A stretch of DNA of 56,296 nt from Basidiobolus meristosporus CBS 931.73. Taxonomy: Eukaryota; Fungi; Basidiobolomycota. Under the pieces are notes generated by a model. The model ran no database searches. It was not told the DNA's origin and saw only the letters and a program-made list of their open reading frames with translations. The stretch is taken from positions 1-56,296 of the forward strand of contig MCFE01000580.1 of assembly GCA_002104905.1 (NCBI GenBank). Reading direction: 5' to 3'. Positions 37,672-50,000 of this stretch are shown here, one piece after another. The first letter of the stretch is position 1. Each line of letters begins with the position of its first letter. The translations under genes were made by a program, and so were the position numbers.

Positions 37672-38950
37672 GCTTTCCTCAGGGAAATTAAGTTGGTGAA
37701 TAATTCGAAAACAACAAGTAATAAGAAGGTACAGGTATACTCCCCAGGAGGAGAATTAAATCGCGTACAATGGGTTCCCCAAGCTGCTCCTTCTTGAATT
37801 TTTTTACATCTATAATAGCATCAGATAATGACTCTGGGTGCTTTTTGAAACAATTATCAGATTACCGAAAACCAACCAAAAGTGGTATTTCTTATTAAGG
37901 AGGGTAAATGCTTAATTAAGAAATCAGATGATCAGATAAGGAAACCATTTTTCTTACCCTCAAGAAAATGATCAATAGTCGAGTGATTGCGATTAATCAT
38001 CGCTTATTCCTATTCAGTTAGAGCAAAGTGGCCTATACCGGAATGGTGGAGCTTTGATCTGCTCTCATGAGTTCATGTACAATGTATGTAATAATGATGT
38101 CATATCCAGAATCCGTATCACGTTATACAAAGGAAAATCACGTTTCATGATTATCGTGTTTTCAGGAAATAAAATTTACTGGCGTACTGCTACTCGATGT
38201 TCATTGCATGCTTGGTCGACTTCTCCACTACCTTTCGAAATTATCGGGCTGATGAGAGGTGCATCCAATCAATGTCATTTAAGTCCCTATTTCATTACAT
38301 CATACTGCTTATGATTGGCTTCTACATGTCAAGGGAGTTAAAGGGTCACATGGTTCTCGTGAATAATGGGTGGAAATAAAATCGAGATTTAGTGTTTATG
38401 GGTGTTGGATCTCAAGTATTCTACAGCACTTGGCTTATTAACCCCTCACTTACAATTATGGTGCAGATAGTATATTAAAATACGAGCAGGTAGACGTCAT
38501 TTTCATGTCTCCAATCTGCTTATTGCCAATTTAGGTTGGAGTTCAGGTAAAACCCGATGTCTGATCTTTGAGAATTACCTAAAATTGACCTTGTACTATT
38601 GGTATACTCCTCTATTTCAAATCCCTATTTTGTTCTCTGAAGGTAGCAGTATTTTTTTCACTTACTCATAGTATCACACTAATCACCCTTTGCCTCTTGT
38701 TCACTCCACTTTATTTCCCTTCCTTAAATATATACTAGTCACAACTGATTTGCGAGATTTGGGTTACATTCACTGTGTGGTATGAATATCGACTTCCTTT
38801 CGACTAAATACTCATCAGCCACATATACCCGACCATTAACTCGATCCATTTTATTTCGAATGTCAGGCATGATAAAACTACTTCATAACAAGTTAGTTTA
38901 TATTTGATACTTCTTTGAGCATAGTTACACTCCGAAATCACTTTCCGAAA

Positions 38951-40417
38951 ATGTCGCAAGTTGAAAAAGGTATCGATTTCTGCTTTAGATGTCTCTACTT
39001 GACTCCAGTGGCTTTGGTCTAACATTTACGTACGTGTAGATGTTTCCAATCCTTTTACAAGATCTCGTTCAGACGTTATAGCTGCCAATAGACCGACTCT
39101 CTCACATACAGATATGATTCCGACTGGGCCTGATGAATTTCTGAACCCCTCCTCAAAACTGGACCAGGAGCCAAATCCCTTTGAGCAGAGTTTTAGTTCT
39201 GTTTCTGGAACGGAAGGCCCGACGTCTAGTGCTGTTACTTCGAAAAGTATTCTCCCTTCAATAGCCAATATAGATACACCACAGGCCCCTACAGATATGA
39301 ACAGCTGGGGTGCCCAATCTTTACGTTCGGGGCCTCTCTCACCATCCATGCTGCTAGGCCCACAGGGCTCGGCTGTTTCAAGTAACCGTCACGGCTTTAA
39401 TTCGTATGGCGCACAACCCTCCCCAATGACTGCAGCCTTGCTTGGCGCTGCTGCACATGCCACCCCGAACTTCTTAAGAAATTTACCCGAAACCACAAGC
39501 TTGCAATTGAATTCGTCGAATGTTGCCACGACAGCCCCCGACAAGAAAGAGAGTACCGGTGCCGATGCATCTGAAGCAGCTAAAACTCGAGGGTCAATGA
39601 ATACGTACGCAGAGACAGCTGGCCAGCATCTGAATCCTACCGAGAAAGGAGGTCAACTTCACTCAAAAGGCGCTCGTGGAAATAGAGAAATGAATGGATC
39701 TGAGTCGCATGAAGATGGAAACAAGGCACGAACAAATCGAAGAAGAAGTACTGTCAGTGCCGGCTCGGGAGAGGGAAATGAAGAATCCGAAGATGAGAAG
39801 TCAGGCAGTGACAAGAAACCCGACAAAAAATCCAAAACGGAGAATCCCGATGAGAAGAGAAAAAGCTTCTTGGAGAGGAATCGTCAAGGTAAAATGGTTA
39901 GGTGCGATGCATTTGACAGGGATGATACTTAAGTTGGTTCCAATCTTTAGCTGCTTTGAAATGTCGTCAGCGTAAAAAGCAATGGCTTAACAACCTCCAG
40001 GCGCAGGTGGAATATTTGTCGCAGGAAAACGAGACCCTCCAAAATCAGGCAACTGGCCTAAGGGAGGAAATTATCAACTTGAAGACCCTATTGTTAGCGC
40101 ATAAAAATTGCCCCATAGCTCAAGCCAACGGGGCTATGGGAATTGAAGGGTTGGTGCCTGTGATGGCAGGCCCATCCATGGCTGCACCATCACATCTAGG
40201 AATGCCGCCAATGAATGTCCCCATCAATATGCTAGGTATGCCACAGGTAATTCCTGGTCCTCCGCCTGGCATCAGCCAGATTGGTGTACCCCAACACATT
40301 CAAGGGCAACCAGCCCACGGGGTCCCTACGAACGTAAGTGTAGACGGAGGTGCAGCCCATAATATTCAAGCGATAAATGGAAGCATGGCGACGAAATCCC
40401 ATTCTATGAGGTTCTAG
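38951..40417 (+). CDS. ATF1: ATF1/CREB-type bZIP transcription factor (multi-exon; start inferred)
   Basis: SKLDQEPNPFEQSF (Aft1 OSA-like), SGPLSPSML (HRA-like), EKRKSFLERNRQ/AALKCRQRKKQWL..LKTLLLAHKNCP. The first exon MSQVEK is joined through a GT-AG intron to DMIPTG. Confidence 0.88.
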
Positions 40418-41235
40418 CAATTCTCGATACTCTTACTGTACTTGTAGATAATGTTTTATTCTATTCTTTTGCATCGCCAATTGAGCTCCATCGGTACCTT
40501 GCCTCATTGACGTATTTTCGGGTGGGCTTACTTGGGGTCCATGATATCTTTTACTTTTGTCGGTTATGCCAATTACTTTTTCTATAGTTTTTACATAAAA
40601 TTGTGTATCTCTCAGCTTTCCTCTAGGGTAGGTTCTTTTCAGCAAACATAGAGTAAGGGAATATACTGTTCATGCAAATTGACAAATAAACAGTTATTCC
40701 ACGTGATCTTGGAATGACAACGGGTTGTATGTCATCAGTACTTGTTCAACAACCTCCGCCAAATTCTGTTTAGCATTGCGCTCCTTCAAAGCTATCGCCA
40801 GCATATTTGCCCACGTATATTCAGCAAGATATGCGGGATGTGACCAAAACGCTGAAGCCGGTAGCAAATAAATTGTCTTTTTGCCATACTACCCGACTGA
40901 CCGAGTTTAGCGCAGCTACCATGATATTTCAGGCTCCAGCGAAGCGCTCTTTGATTGTCCCACATAATTCTACTCGGTCTATGTGTAGAGCGAGTCCCGA
41001 CACGCCAATTTCCACTTGTACATAATAACTACTTTCTGAGCCTTTCCAGAAATTTGTATTTGGGAAAGATTGTTAAAGGGCAATAAACTAACATCAGGAT
41101 TCAACGTAATTTTCGTTGATGAAGGAGTCGTGAAAGTGGCAGAGGGTTCGTGTAGGAATCTGCAAACGGCCCAGAAGAAAAGGATGTCTTAGTTATCTGG
41201 TAGCCTATCGGTTCGAGTGATCCAAAAATTTATAT

Positions 41236-42369
41236 TTATTCGCTAGAGGATGGTGGAGCAGGGTTGGAAGATTCGGGTTGTGCTTGGTTATGTTCGTCAT
41301 TGCGAGTATTTTCCGAGTGTGTCTCGTTTCGTGCTACTTTGACTGAAATATCGCGCTCATCCACATGTATGCTGGCATTATTGGCTAGGGCGCGTTGTTG
41401 CTCAGCTTCATCAGCGAATTCAACAAACCCAAAGCCCTTGGAGCGGCCGGATTTCATGTATGCAACATGGGATGATACGATGTTGTACCCTTGAAAGAGA
41501 TTCTGAAGTTCTACATTACCATATGAATATGGTAGATTGCTAACGAATACCGTAGTCGTAGATGGCTCTCCTAGGTGGGGTTGTGAAGCTAATCCTCCAC
41601 GACCACGGCCAAACCTACGGCCTCTTGCTGATCCACGTCCACGCCCTCTTCCACGATGTTGATCTTGGTATGAGTCAATGGCAGTCTGACTGTAGTCAAG
41701 CTCCTCAATACTGGCTGGAGATGCTTCATCACTCGGGTGAGTTAGTGCCTGGCCCCCTAATCTATTCTCACCATTGTTGTGCTCTTGATTGGAAAACCTG
41801 CGACGATTCTCCTATACCAAGCAAGTTCGATGAAAACCAACTCTGACCTGAACTGCCGTTCTTATTAAGCACATACCAGATTGCCCCGACCACGACCACG
41901 TCCACCTCTTCCACGACCACGTTGTGAATGGGCTTGGCCTTGAGTACCATGAATCTCCTTTGGCTTAGCTACCTCAACGTTTATCTCCCTACCAGCCAAC
42001 TCCTTCTTGTCTAGCTGTTTGACAGCCTCCTCAGCTTCTTTCTCAGTCTCAAAGGACACAAAACCATATCCTAGAGAACGTGTACCACGGGTAATAACGT
42101 TCGCATTGAGGCTACAGGGCTAGGCTTAGTAAAGAGGGACACTCCTTGACAGGGTCTCGGAGATATACTAACACTTTACCCGCAACACCAAAGTAATTTT
42201 CGAGCTCTTCTTCAGTAGTCTGAAAGGAAAGATTACCCACAAAAACCTTATACCCGACCTCCTCCTCAGTTGCTAGATGGGTGGCCTCGAGAGTTTGAGT
42301 AACTTCAGCTGTCGGATCATCTCTCCTTTCAATCTCGACTGCATCTAGGGCTGGTGTATTCTCAGTCAT
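41236..42369 (-). CDS. RRM-RGG-RRM RNA-binding protein (Sbp1/Rnp24-like; multi-exon)
   Basis: KVFVGNLSF (RNP2), SLGYGFVSF (RNP1), RGRGRGGRGRGRG box, second RRM with SKGFGFVEF. Confidence 0.88.
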
Positions 42370-42798
42370 AGTGCAGGTAAGGTGCTGTATGCTATGGTTA
42401 AGATGGAGGTTCTTCCAAAGTGTCTAAAGGGATTCGATCTACGTATGTGGTCGGTGACGGTTAGTCGAGTGGTAATCAAGAGATAACCAGAATAGTCGAC
42501 TTGGGTATTGATTGAATGCCGTCACATTACCAGTGATGCCTCAAGTCAGCCACTAATGAAATTAGACCAACCACCGTCCCGTGAAACGTTCTGGAACACA
42601 TAATCATGGAGATTGTTCTCACGTTGATTTCCCTGCTAAGCTATGCTTTTGGAATGGCTCATATGACTTGAACTGGTTGAAAATAGCCAAGTAGTGATCA
42701 AATGGCAGATGGGATGCATGTCTGCAAGTCTAGCAAATCCCTATTTATTGCGCGAAACGGCTGGAAGCTCACGGAGGGGGTAGGGGTTTAAAAGGTAT

Positions 42799-43840
42799 CT
42801 ATCTACGACCAGCCCATTTCTTGATTCCCATGCCAATCGTGCTACACAGAATCAATCCAGTTCCCAGCAGGGAGTTCATTGTCGGAATCTCCTTGAAGAT
42901 TGTGATTCCAAAGATGAACGCAAACACGATATCAAAGTTCCGCATCAATGTTGCAGGCCCTGACGGGGCAAGCTGAAGGCCGTAGTTGAGAAGACCTTGG
43001 CCAACAAATGCGGAGATGCTGATCACTGACAGACCCACCCAATCGTTCAGGGTGCTAGGGATCTTCACCGGCTCAAAGATCAACGAGATGATCAATGAGA
43101 AAATCGAGGAAATCCCACCAAAATAAACGACATGAACCATGTAATGAACCCCTAGGCCTAACTGACGGATGGTGACAAACGCTATTGAAGAAGCAACACT
43201 ACCGCATATGCAGGTCACACAGGCGATAATACGCTGGGTGGAGTCGATGTCGGAAGGGTTGGCCTTTCTAGCCCCAAAAAGAAACTCTGGTTGGGCAACG
43301 AATATCACCCCAGTGAAGGAAACGACCGATGCTGCTTGGTCGAAAGGTGAATATGGCTCCTTGAGGAATATACGAGCAAGGATAGCGGTGAAAATGGGGC
43401 TCACGAAAAACAGCACTGAGACGGTGAAGTAAGTACGAATATGCTAGCAACTGCTCTGGAGAACACTTACCTGTTGCATCGGATAGAGGCAACTTTGTCA
43501 ACGAATAGTAGAAAAGCGCGAGGCCTACAGAGCCAGCAAATCCGCGAACCACAAGCCCTTTCCTTAAATTGGGCTCACCCCAAGGAAACACACCCATGTA
43601 CCAACACGAGATTATAGCAAGACAGAACTGAATGATACTTCTTATGAAAACAATCTCCATGGGGGGAAAGTTGAAGCCCATCAACTTAACAAACAAAGAC
43701 ATGGTGGAGAAGGCCAACGAAGAAGTGGCGACCAGAACGAGCCCCAACAAAACGTGCCGCACATTTGACTCCGTAGTCTTTGCAAGCAGCGAGCTGGTTT
43801 CGTTGACCTCGATGGGAGGTAGTGGGGATGTGGCTGACAT
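42799..43840 (-). CDS. EamA/DMT drug-metabolite transporter (SLC35G-like; 2 exons)
   Basis: Ten hydrophobic segments; EIVFIRS, LVVRGFAG, LPLSDAT/VLFFVSPIFTAILARIFLKE, LLNYGLQL..GPATLMR. Confidence 0.9.
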
Positions 43841-44560
43841 GAAAATCAACTGATATTAGAATATACAGAGCGACCAAGGTACAGCAAGCTGTTTTAAAGC
43901 GAAAGTTCCACAGGAGGATTCGATCAATTGCACTGCGGACATATGGAATAACCGGAGCCAAAAAGGTAAACAGAATCACGCGTTGGATTTAAAAGTACAT
44001 GCAGTGCCAGTAAAATGACTGATATCCACCCCTTCTGGACAACAGGTGTCAGGAAGAATTAGTCATCTTGGGTTGAGCATTTTTCTCGATAACTGGGGGC
44101 TATGCGCTCGTTGTGCTCAGCCATGCAGTCGATCTTGGGGAAATGCAGTCTTGTTGATTGGACATCGGCCCCTTTCCCATGAGGCCAGCAGGCTTTTGAT
44201 CAGATTGCACAGCTGTCTTAATTACTTGGGAAACCTTGTGTAAACCGAATGACGCAGATGTCTCAATTTCGTTGAGGAAGATAATGGAGAGGTGCAGGAC
44301 TGAGCTGATGGAAATCACATAGACTCTGGGCTAGCACTGGGCATGGTGCTGAGCCCAAGTAAATGGCCGCGCCAAAGTCGATGGCGTCTGAGCCTATATG
44401 ATATGAAATGCGCTCACTATGGCTGATTTATTAATTCTGGTTCAATATAGACGTTAATCCGGCCACTCATTTTGCGCATACATCTTCAAGCCGTCGTTAT
44501 TACGAAATATGGAAGAATGGAGTGGGCCGCTGAATGTGGTGAATAGGGTGAATTGTGTTC

Positions 44561-44638
44561 ATTTGTTTGAATAATTTCATATCCGATTTCCATTTTGATA
44601 TTTGTTTGAATAATTTCATATCAGATTTGCATTTGCAT
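44561..44638. repeat. Tandem duplication of a 39-bp unit
   Basis: ATTTGTTTGAATAATTTCATATCCGATTTCCATTTTGAT followed by ATTTGTTTGAATAATTTCATATCAGATTTGCATTTGCAT. Confidence 0.85.
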
Positions 44639-44840
44639 TTTCATATTCTCTCCTTTCCCAGCCCACCCAACCAACAATCCAATTAAGGGCTAGATTCCCT
44701 TTTTTGGAATCCCGCGTCCTTATAACTCCCCATCATGCCCGCTCTCTTCTCTATTGCTTCTGCTCAAGACAAGGGTAGACAAGTGTCGTCTTGACTCAAC
44801 CCTACTCAGATAACCGCGCCTGTCTTTCCACTAGAAAATA

Positions 44841-46125
44841 ATGAAGCATATATTCGGCCCTGAAATCGGTATGCCGACCGTTTCGTTTGTCCTTCAACCT
44901 AGTACTCACCATCACCGTTGCCTCAGATTGCAAGTTAACCGATGCCAGTCTGTTGGAAGAGGTCGATGCCGCTATGCGTTGTGCGTGACTATTCCTTGCT
45001 GTTGATGCATCCAGGGTTCCCCGTTTCTCATCCATTACTTTTGGGTTTTCTCTAGCCATGGACTACACATACAACACTCAGTTCTACAACTGGATTCACA
45101 ACGAAAACAACGTCGATTATATAGCATACTATATGCGCAAAATCATCGCTGACTATGAGGAGACCAATGTGAAATCTGTATATAGAGCCATCAAATGGCT
45201 AGTGAACGAATGGTCAGTTCAAAGGACTGCCGAGTTATTGGTGAAATTGTTCTATCACTGGGGGATCGACTGTCCAAAGTTCGCCGGCCTTATTGCCCAA
45301 GTGGTGGATGAATGGGACATCAAGCAGACGATAGAGTTGGTGGTTACGCTGGTTATAGGCGAACGGTCAAGTAAGGTTGCTCAATTCATCAAGCAACTCA
45401 CAATCTCGTGGGGTACGCTAGCGACGGTCCAGCTGGTTAAATGCATAGGAATCCGACTTCGATGGAATGAGCGTTACTTCAAGCACTTTCTGTTCCATTT
45501 TGCAAGTATGCATCGTGGGACTACCTCTAATGTAATGCCACCGCCACTCTCTCCATCCGAATATGATCATAGCACACGTATGATTATCAACCATATTCGA
45601 CAGCAATTCCAAGCTCGAAGAATCCTTCTTCAGCAGCAGCGATTTGTCCCGTCGGATGCCGAGATGGTGGATAGCTGTTTCTCCTTGGTGGAGTTTTCCA
45701 CTGCTATCTTTGAAAGGATCCTATCCCACTCGTTGCATACCCTGGAGATGCCACTTTATCGCCCAGAACCAATTTCTGCCGCAAACAGCTATAAGCATAA
45801 AAGCCCCAAGTATCCGTATCCCAGTCACCATTTGGCACGACTACCATTCTATCTTGATCTGGACAGGGGCGAGCAAACTGGGTCTTATACGTCGCCTGAA
45901 CAGTCTGTCCGCTCTTACGGGCAAGCAATGGAGGGTTATCGTGAGTCGGTACAATACGAGGGCCACTCACATTGCTGCCCTACTTATGCAGGAGCCTCAA
46001 CCTCATCAGCCGCCTCATCCCCGTCGTCTTCATTGTTAGAGAAAATCACGCCATCTCATCCGAATAGAACAGAGGCAAGACCGCCGTCCCTGGTCTTCAA
46101 TGAGAACAACGTGAATCCGAATTAA
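44841..46125 (+). CDS. Uncharacterised protein with a Trp-periodic helical-repeat domain and Ser/Pro-rich tail (3 exons predicted: 44841-44868, 44927-44980, 45056-46125)
   Basis: The 355-aa ORF 45058..46125 extends upstream through two GT-AG introns to MKHIFGPEIDCKLTDASLLEEVDAAMRS. Trp recurs every 16-18 aa. Confidence 0.75.
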
Positions 46126-46412
46126 TCTGTAGTATAGCTATTTTACCACTGTCGATAGTGTCTGACCAGGTCCCCGTTTGTAATAGTAAATTCTACCACT
46201 GGGTTGGGAGATCCGTGGATGTACAATATATTTCAATAGAATCAATAAAATCCATTGCTTCTATTCCTCCAAGTGCTCTGACAGGTGTGAGTAGTCAACC
46301 GTATGGGATAGTGCTCGATTTATTTGGATCTCTAATACTTCACCAAACACAAAAAGTTCAAACTAGCCCTCGAAATGCGGTGCGGGTATCATGTGTGTAG
46401 TGACGATTCCAT

Positions 46413-46547
46413 TCAGCTGAGGGGCTTCCCTTTGTCACAGCACGTGCTCTCTATTTCGCTGATTGGTAAGGAGTATCCTGCCACGCAGTTTGTGAGGGCC
46501 AGGACAGTCAAAATCGCAAGGAAGAGGCGGATGTCCCGAATACTCAT
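46413..46547 (-). CDS. Candidate 44-aa secreted small ORF (MSIRDIRLFLAILTVLALTNCVAGYSLPISEIESTCCDKGKPLS)
   Basis: ATG at 46547 to TGA at 46413-46415; basic n-region, 12-residue h-region and small-residue c-region. It is below the ORF-track length cutoff. Confidence 0.4.
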   Translation of the reverse strand: MSIRDIRLFLAILTVLALTNCVAGYSLPISEIESTCCDKGKPLS

Positions 46548-47492
46548 GGCTTTGGGTTGTTTTAGTGCGGCCAACGACTAGGGTGGGGATAAGAATCTTC
46601 GGTTGTGAAGGGAGTGCAAGCTTCTGAATGCACTGATCAGAGCTTTATACTCAAAGAAGGTATGCACAGTAGCGAAGAACCGCACTCCCCATCAGACCAT
46701 TCAAAGCTCCGTGCTTATTCATCAGGCCAATTATGGAAAGCTGGCTGCTGTCAAATTCGGATTGGGATTTCTTACGAAGCAAGTGGGTTATTAGGTACAT
46801 GGCCCAAAAGACCCGTTCCCCAGTCGAGCATGCCACTTGGGGTCACCCTACGTGACGTGAGGACTGAAGGGTTCACCTAGAAATGGTGGTATTGTCGACA
46901 ACATACACACCTCAGTACACCTTTCATTTCTGCAATCATTTATGGCTCTCCTCAGCGGATGTAAGATATAAATTGCTACTCTTCCAAGAGTGCAGGAGGT
47001 GGCTGTACATCAGAGTATTACTACTGCACCTAATGAATGATGGGCAGTACCCCGATGGATACCAGCATCGTGAAGCCACTCATCATCTATTTCCCTGCAA
47101 CTATCGCCAAACTCAAGCCTGTTGCACATTCGAGGAATCCCATCAAAATGGCATAATTGATCACAGATGGGCCATGGTGCTTGAGCTTCTTAAGGATGGG
47201 CCTAATTTTTCCGAAACCCTCTGCCCAACCGATCCCTGGAATCATCTCATTCCTGTAATATATAGGAACGAGTATTGTCTCAAGTACATATTTACCTGGA
47301 CCAACCAATATCCCCGCCCATGTTCCTCACCCCACTTGCGATTTAATGAATATTGACTGAATGGAGAATCAGGACCACCACGACTTGCTCGATCAACCAC
47401 TGCGGGATTCATCTGAGGAACGCATGGTGGGATAAATAAATTTTTATCAGACTGGAATCAAGTACTCCTCGCTCTCCTCGTGGAAGAAGGAA

Positions 47493-49510
47493 ATGTCCTA
47501 TAGTAAGTTGCTGAGCGTACGGGGACTAGGAGCTAAATGTGACTTCTTAACGAAGACACCGAATAGGCTCCTTCCTATCCTCCCGTGTCGCAAGTTGACT
47601 TCAACAGCTGCAATTCGATCTGCAACTTCGACCTGGTCTACTGTAGGCAAGACTGCTCTGAAGTACACTACAATTGCTGCGGTTGGCGGTGTAACTTATC
47701 ACACCTATGATCCCTTTCGCTACCTCACTGACGGTCTGGTAAGATGCGCTCGCTCAGGCTGGGTTGGGGCAGTAGTGATTGTAGACTACAAATGGACTTT
47801 GAGACACGAGCCAGTTACTCCAGAAGAGGAAGTCAAACACAAGCAACTGAAATCCCAGGTTCACAAAAGATCGGCGGAGAAAATCCTCGAGGTGTTGAAG
47901 AAGAACGCAGGGATATATATCAAGCTGGTAAACACTTGTCTCTTCAGTTCTCCTCAAGCATCCTTCCGCTTATCAACCCAATCTTCTGTAGGGTCAACAT
48001 ATCTCCGCTATGTCTTATATACTGCCAGACGAATGGACCGAGACTATGGCACCGCTTCAGGATCGCTGTCCCGTCACTTCCATGGAGGATATCGATGAGC
48101 TTTTCAAGATTGACACTGGACATTCGATCGACGAGCTCTTCTCAGAGTTCAATCCGATCCCTATCGGCGTAGCCTCTCTCGCTCAAGTCCACCGAGCCAC
48201 CCTGCGCGAAACTGGACAAGAGGTTGCAGTGAAGGTTCAGCATCCTTATCTTGATGATTACTCGAAGATAGATATCGCCACTGTAACGTTCGTCACGAAA
48301 GTGGTCAAATGGGCCATACCCGAGTTCGAGTTCTCATGGCTGGCGGTCGAAATGTCCGAGAGCTTGCCGAAGGAGTTGAACTTCATGTTCGAGATGGACA
48401 ACGCCAGAAAGGTCCAACGGAACTTCTCGTCCATTCGCAACACTACCTTGAAAATTCCGGAGGTGTATTGGGCGCAGCGTAGAATCCTGTGCATGGAATG
48501 TAAGTCTTACCCTTTGTAAATTGCGCTGCACCCCGTTTGACCTGACTCCCCCAGTCATCGATGGAGCGAGAATCGACGATCTTGCTTTTATGAAGTTACA
48601 TAGCATTAATCCCAACGATGTCTCCACCGAACTGACAAGAATCTTCTCCGAGATGATCTTCATTCAAGGGTAAGAGATCTATTGTGTGACTTGCAGCCAA
48701 TCCATGGAATCTAACCAGGCCACTCTTGGGAATTCTCCTCAGTTGGGTGCACTGTGATCCGCGTAAGTAGCTTGTTTATGTTTATGGTGCGGTGGGCTCA
48801 GGCTTTCTCCGAGATTAACTCTTCTTCCTCCAGATCCTGGGAATATATTCATACGTACCAAACCAGAGGATTCCAGATCCCACCGGAACTTTGAGATCGT
48901 GCTCCTTGATCACGGACTCTACCGGTCACTGAGCAAAGAGTTTCGACTAGACTACGCCCATCTCTGGAACGGATTGATCTCCCGAGACGAAGAGCTCATC
49001 CGACTTTACAGCAACAGAGTCGGCGGCACGAACGCGTACAAACTCTTTTCCAGCGTGCTCACCGGGCGTGAGTGGAATATCGTAAGCGAAGACCTGTCGC
49101 AAAAACGCACCAAGGAGGAGATGTTGAGAATCCAAGAGAGTGTGATGGAGCATCTACTTGGCGAGATCGTCGGGCTGCTGGCGAAGATCCCCAGGATAGT
49201 GCTACTACTCATCAAAACCAATGATCTGTTGAGATCGGTCGACGAGGCACTCCAGACCACCCACAGCGAACGACTAACTTATGTGATTATGGGACGTTAT
49301 TGTGCAAACGCTATACGAGAGGAGTGTCAAGAAGCCAACGCAAATGCTAGCGGCATGGGGTCCATCTGGCACTGGTGCAAGTGCTACATACGCTTCCTCA
49401 AAATGGACGTCCCACTAGGGATGTACGAGACGTGGTTGCACTTGACCGGTGCACTCAAGATATGGTGGGAGACCCTTCGCCATGGAAGGAACCTGATTGC
49501 AGACGCGTAA
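47493..49510 (+). CDS. ABC1/UbiB atypical kinase, ADCK1/Mcp2-like (multi-exon)
   Basis: GIYIKL/GQH, LQDRCP, PIGVASLAQVH, VAVKVQHP, ELNF..E..N, HCDPHPGN across a micro-exon, VLLDHGLY. Confidence 0.93.
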
Positions 49511-50000
49511 ACTTCCGTTGCCACTACGGGCCGGCTGCCTATGTATCTTCCCCTGACATAGCATTGAGCATGCATCATAGAGTTTATTTACATTGGCATA
49601 TTTCCGAGAAACTCCCACTCTGTCATCCTTCCATTTCGTGATCCCGTCGAAGACTAGAAGCTGGGCTCTCATACGCATACCCAATCCGTCCTCGCGTGCA
49701 GGATACTATTCTAATGAAAACGAATATATATTACAGGTGGCTAGATATATCCAGGCTACATCTAACTAATTTCCCAGTGAATCGACGTCAAAATAAACCG
49801 TTACTTCTGGACAACAATGATATAAACAATCGAATATAGTGTATGTATGTGGATGTGAGTATGCGTGTGGTGTGTATATGTAGGAAATGTGGTGCGCGAT
49901 GATCGGGAGGACAACTGGGTACTACAAATGCGATGAAGTTCAGGAGTTCGTGGAATTCAATCAGATTCGCATCGATCGCGTGGTGGAACTTGAAGCAAGC

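Noticed and set aside
49838-49885. GT-rich tract between convergent ADCK1 and trihelix genes
   Set aside because: Degenerate low-complexity 3' UTR sequence, not a telomeric or regular repeat.
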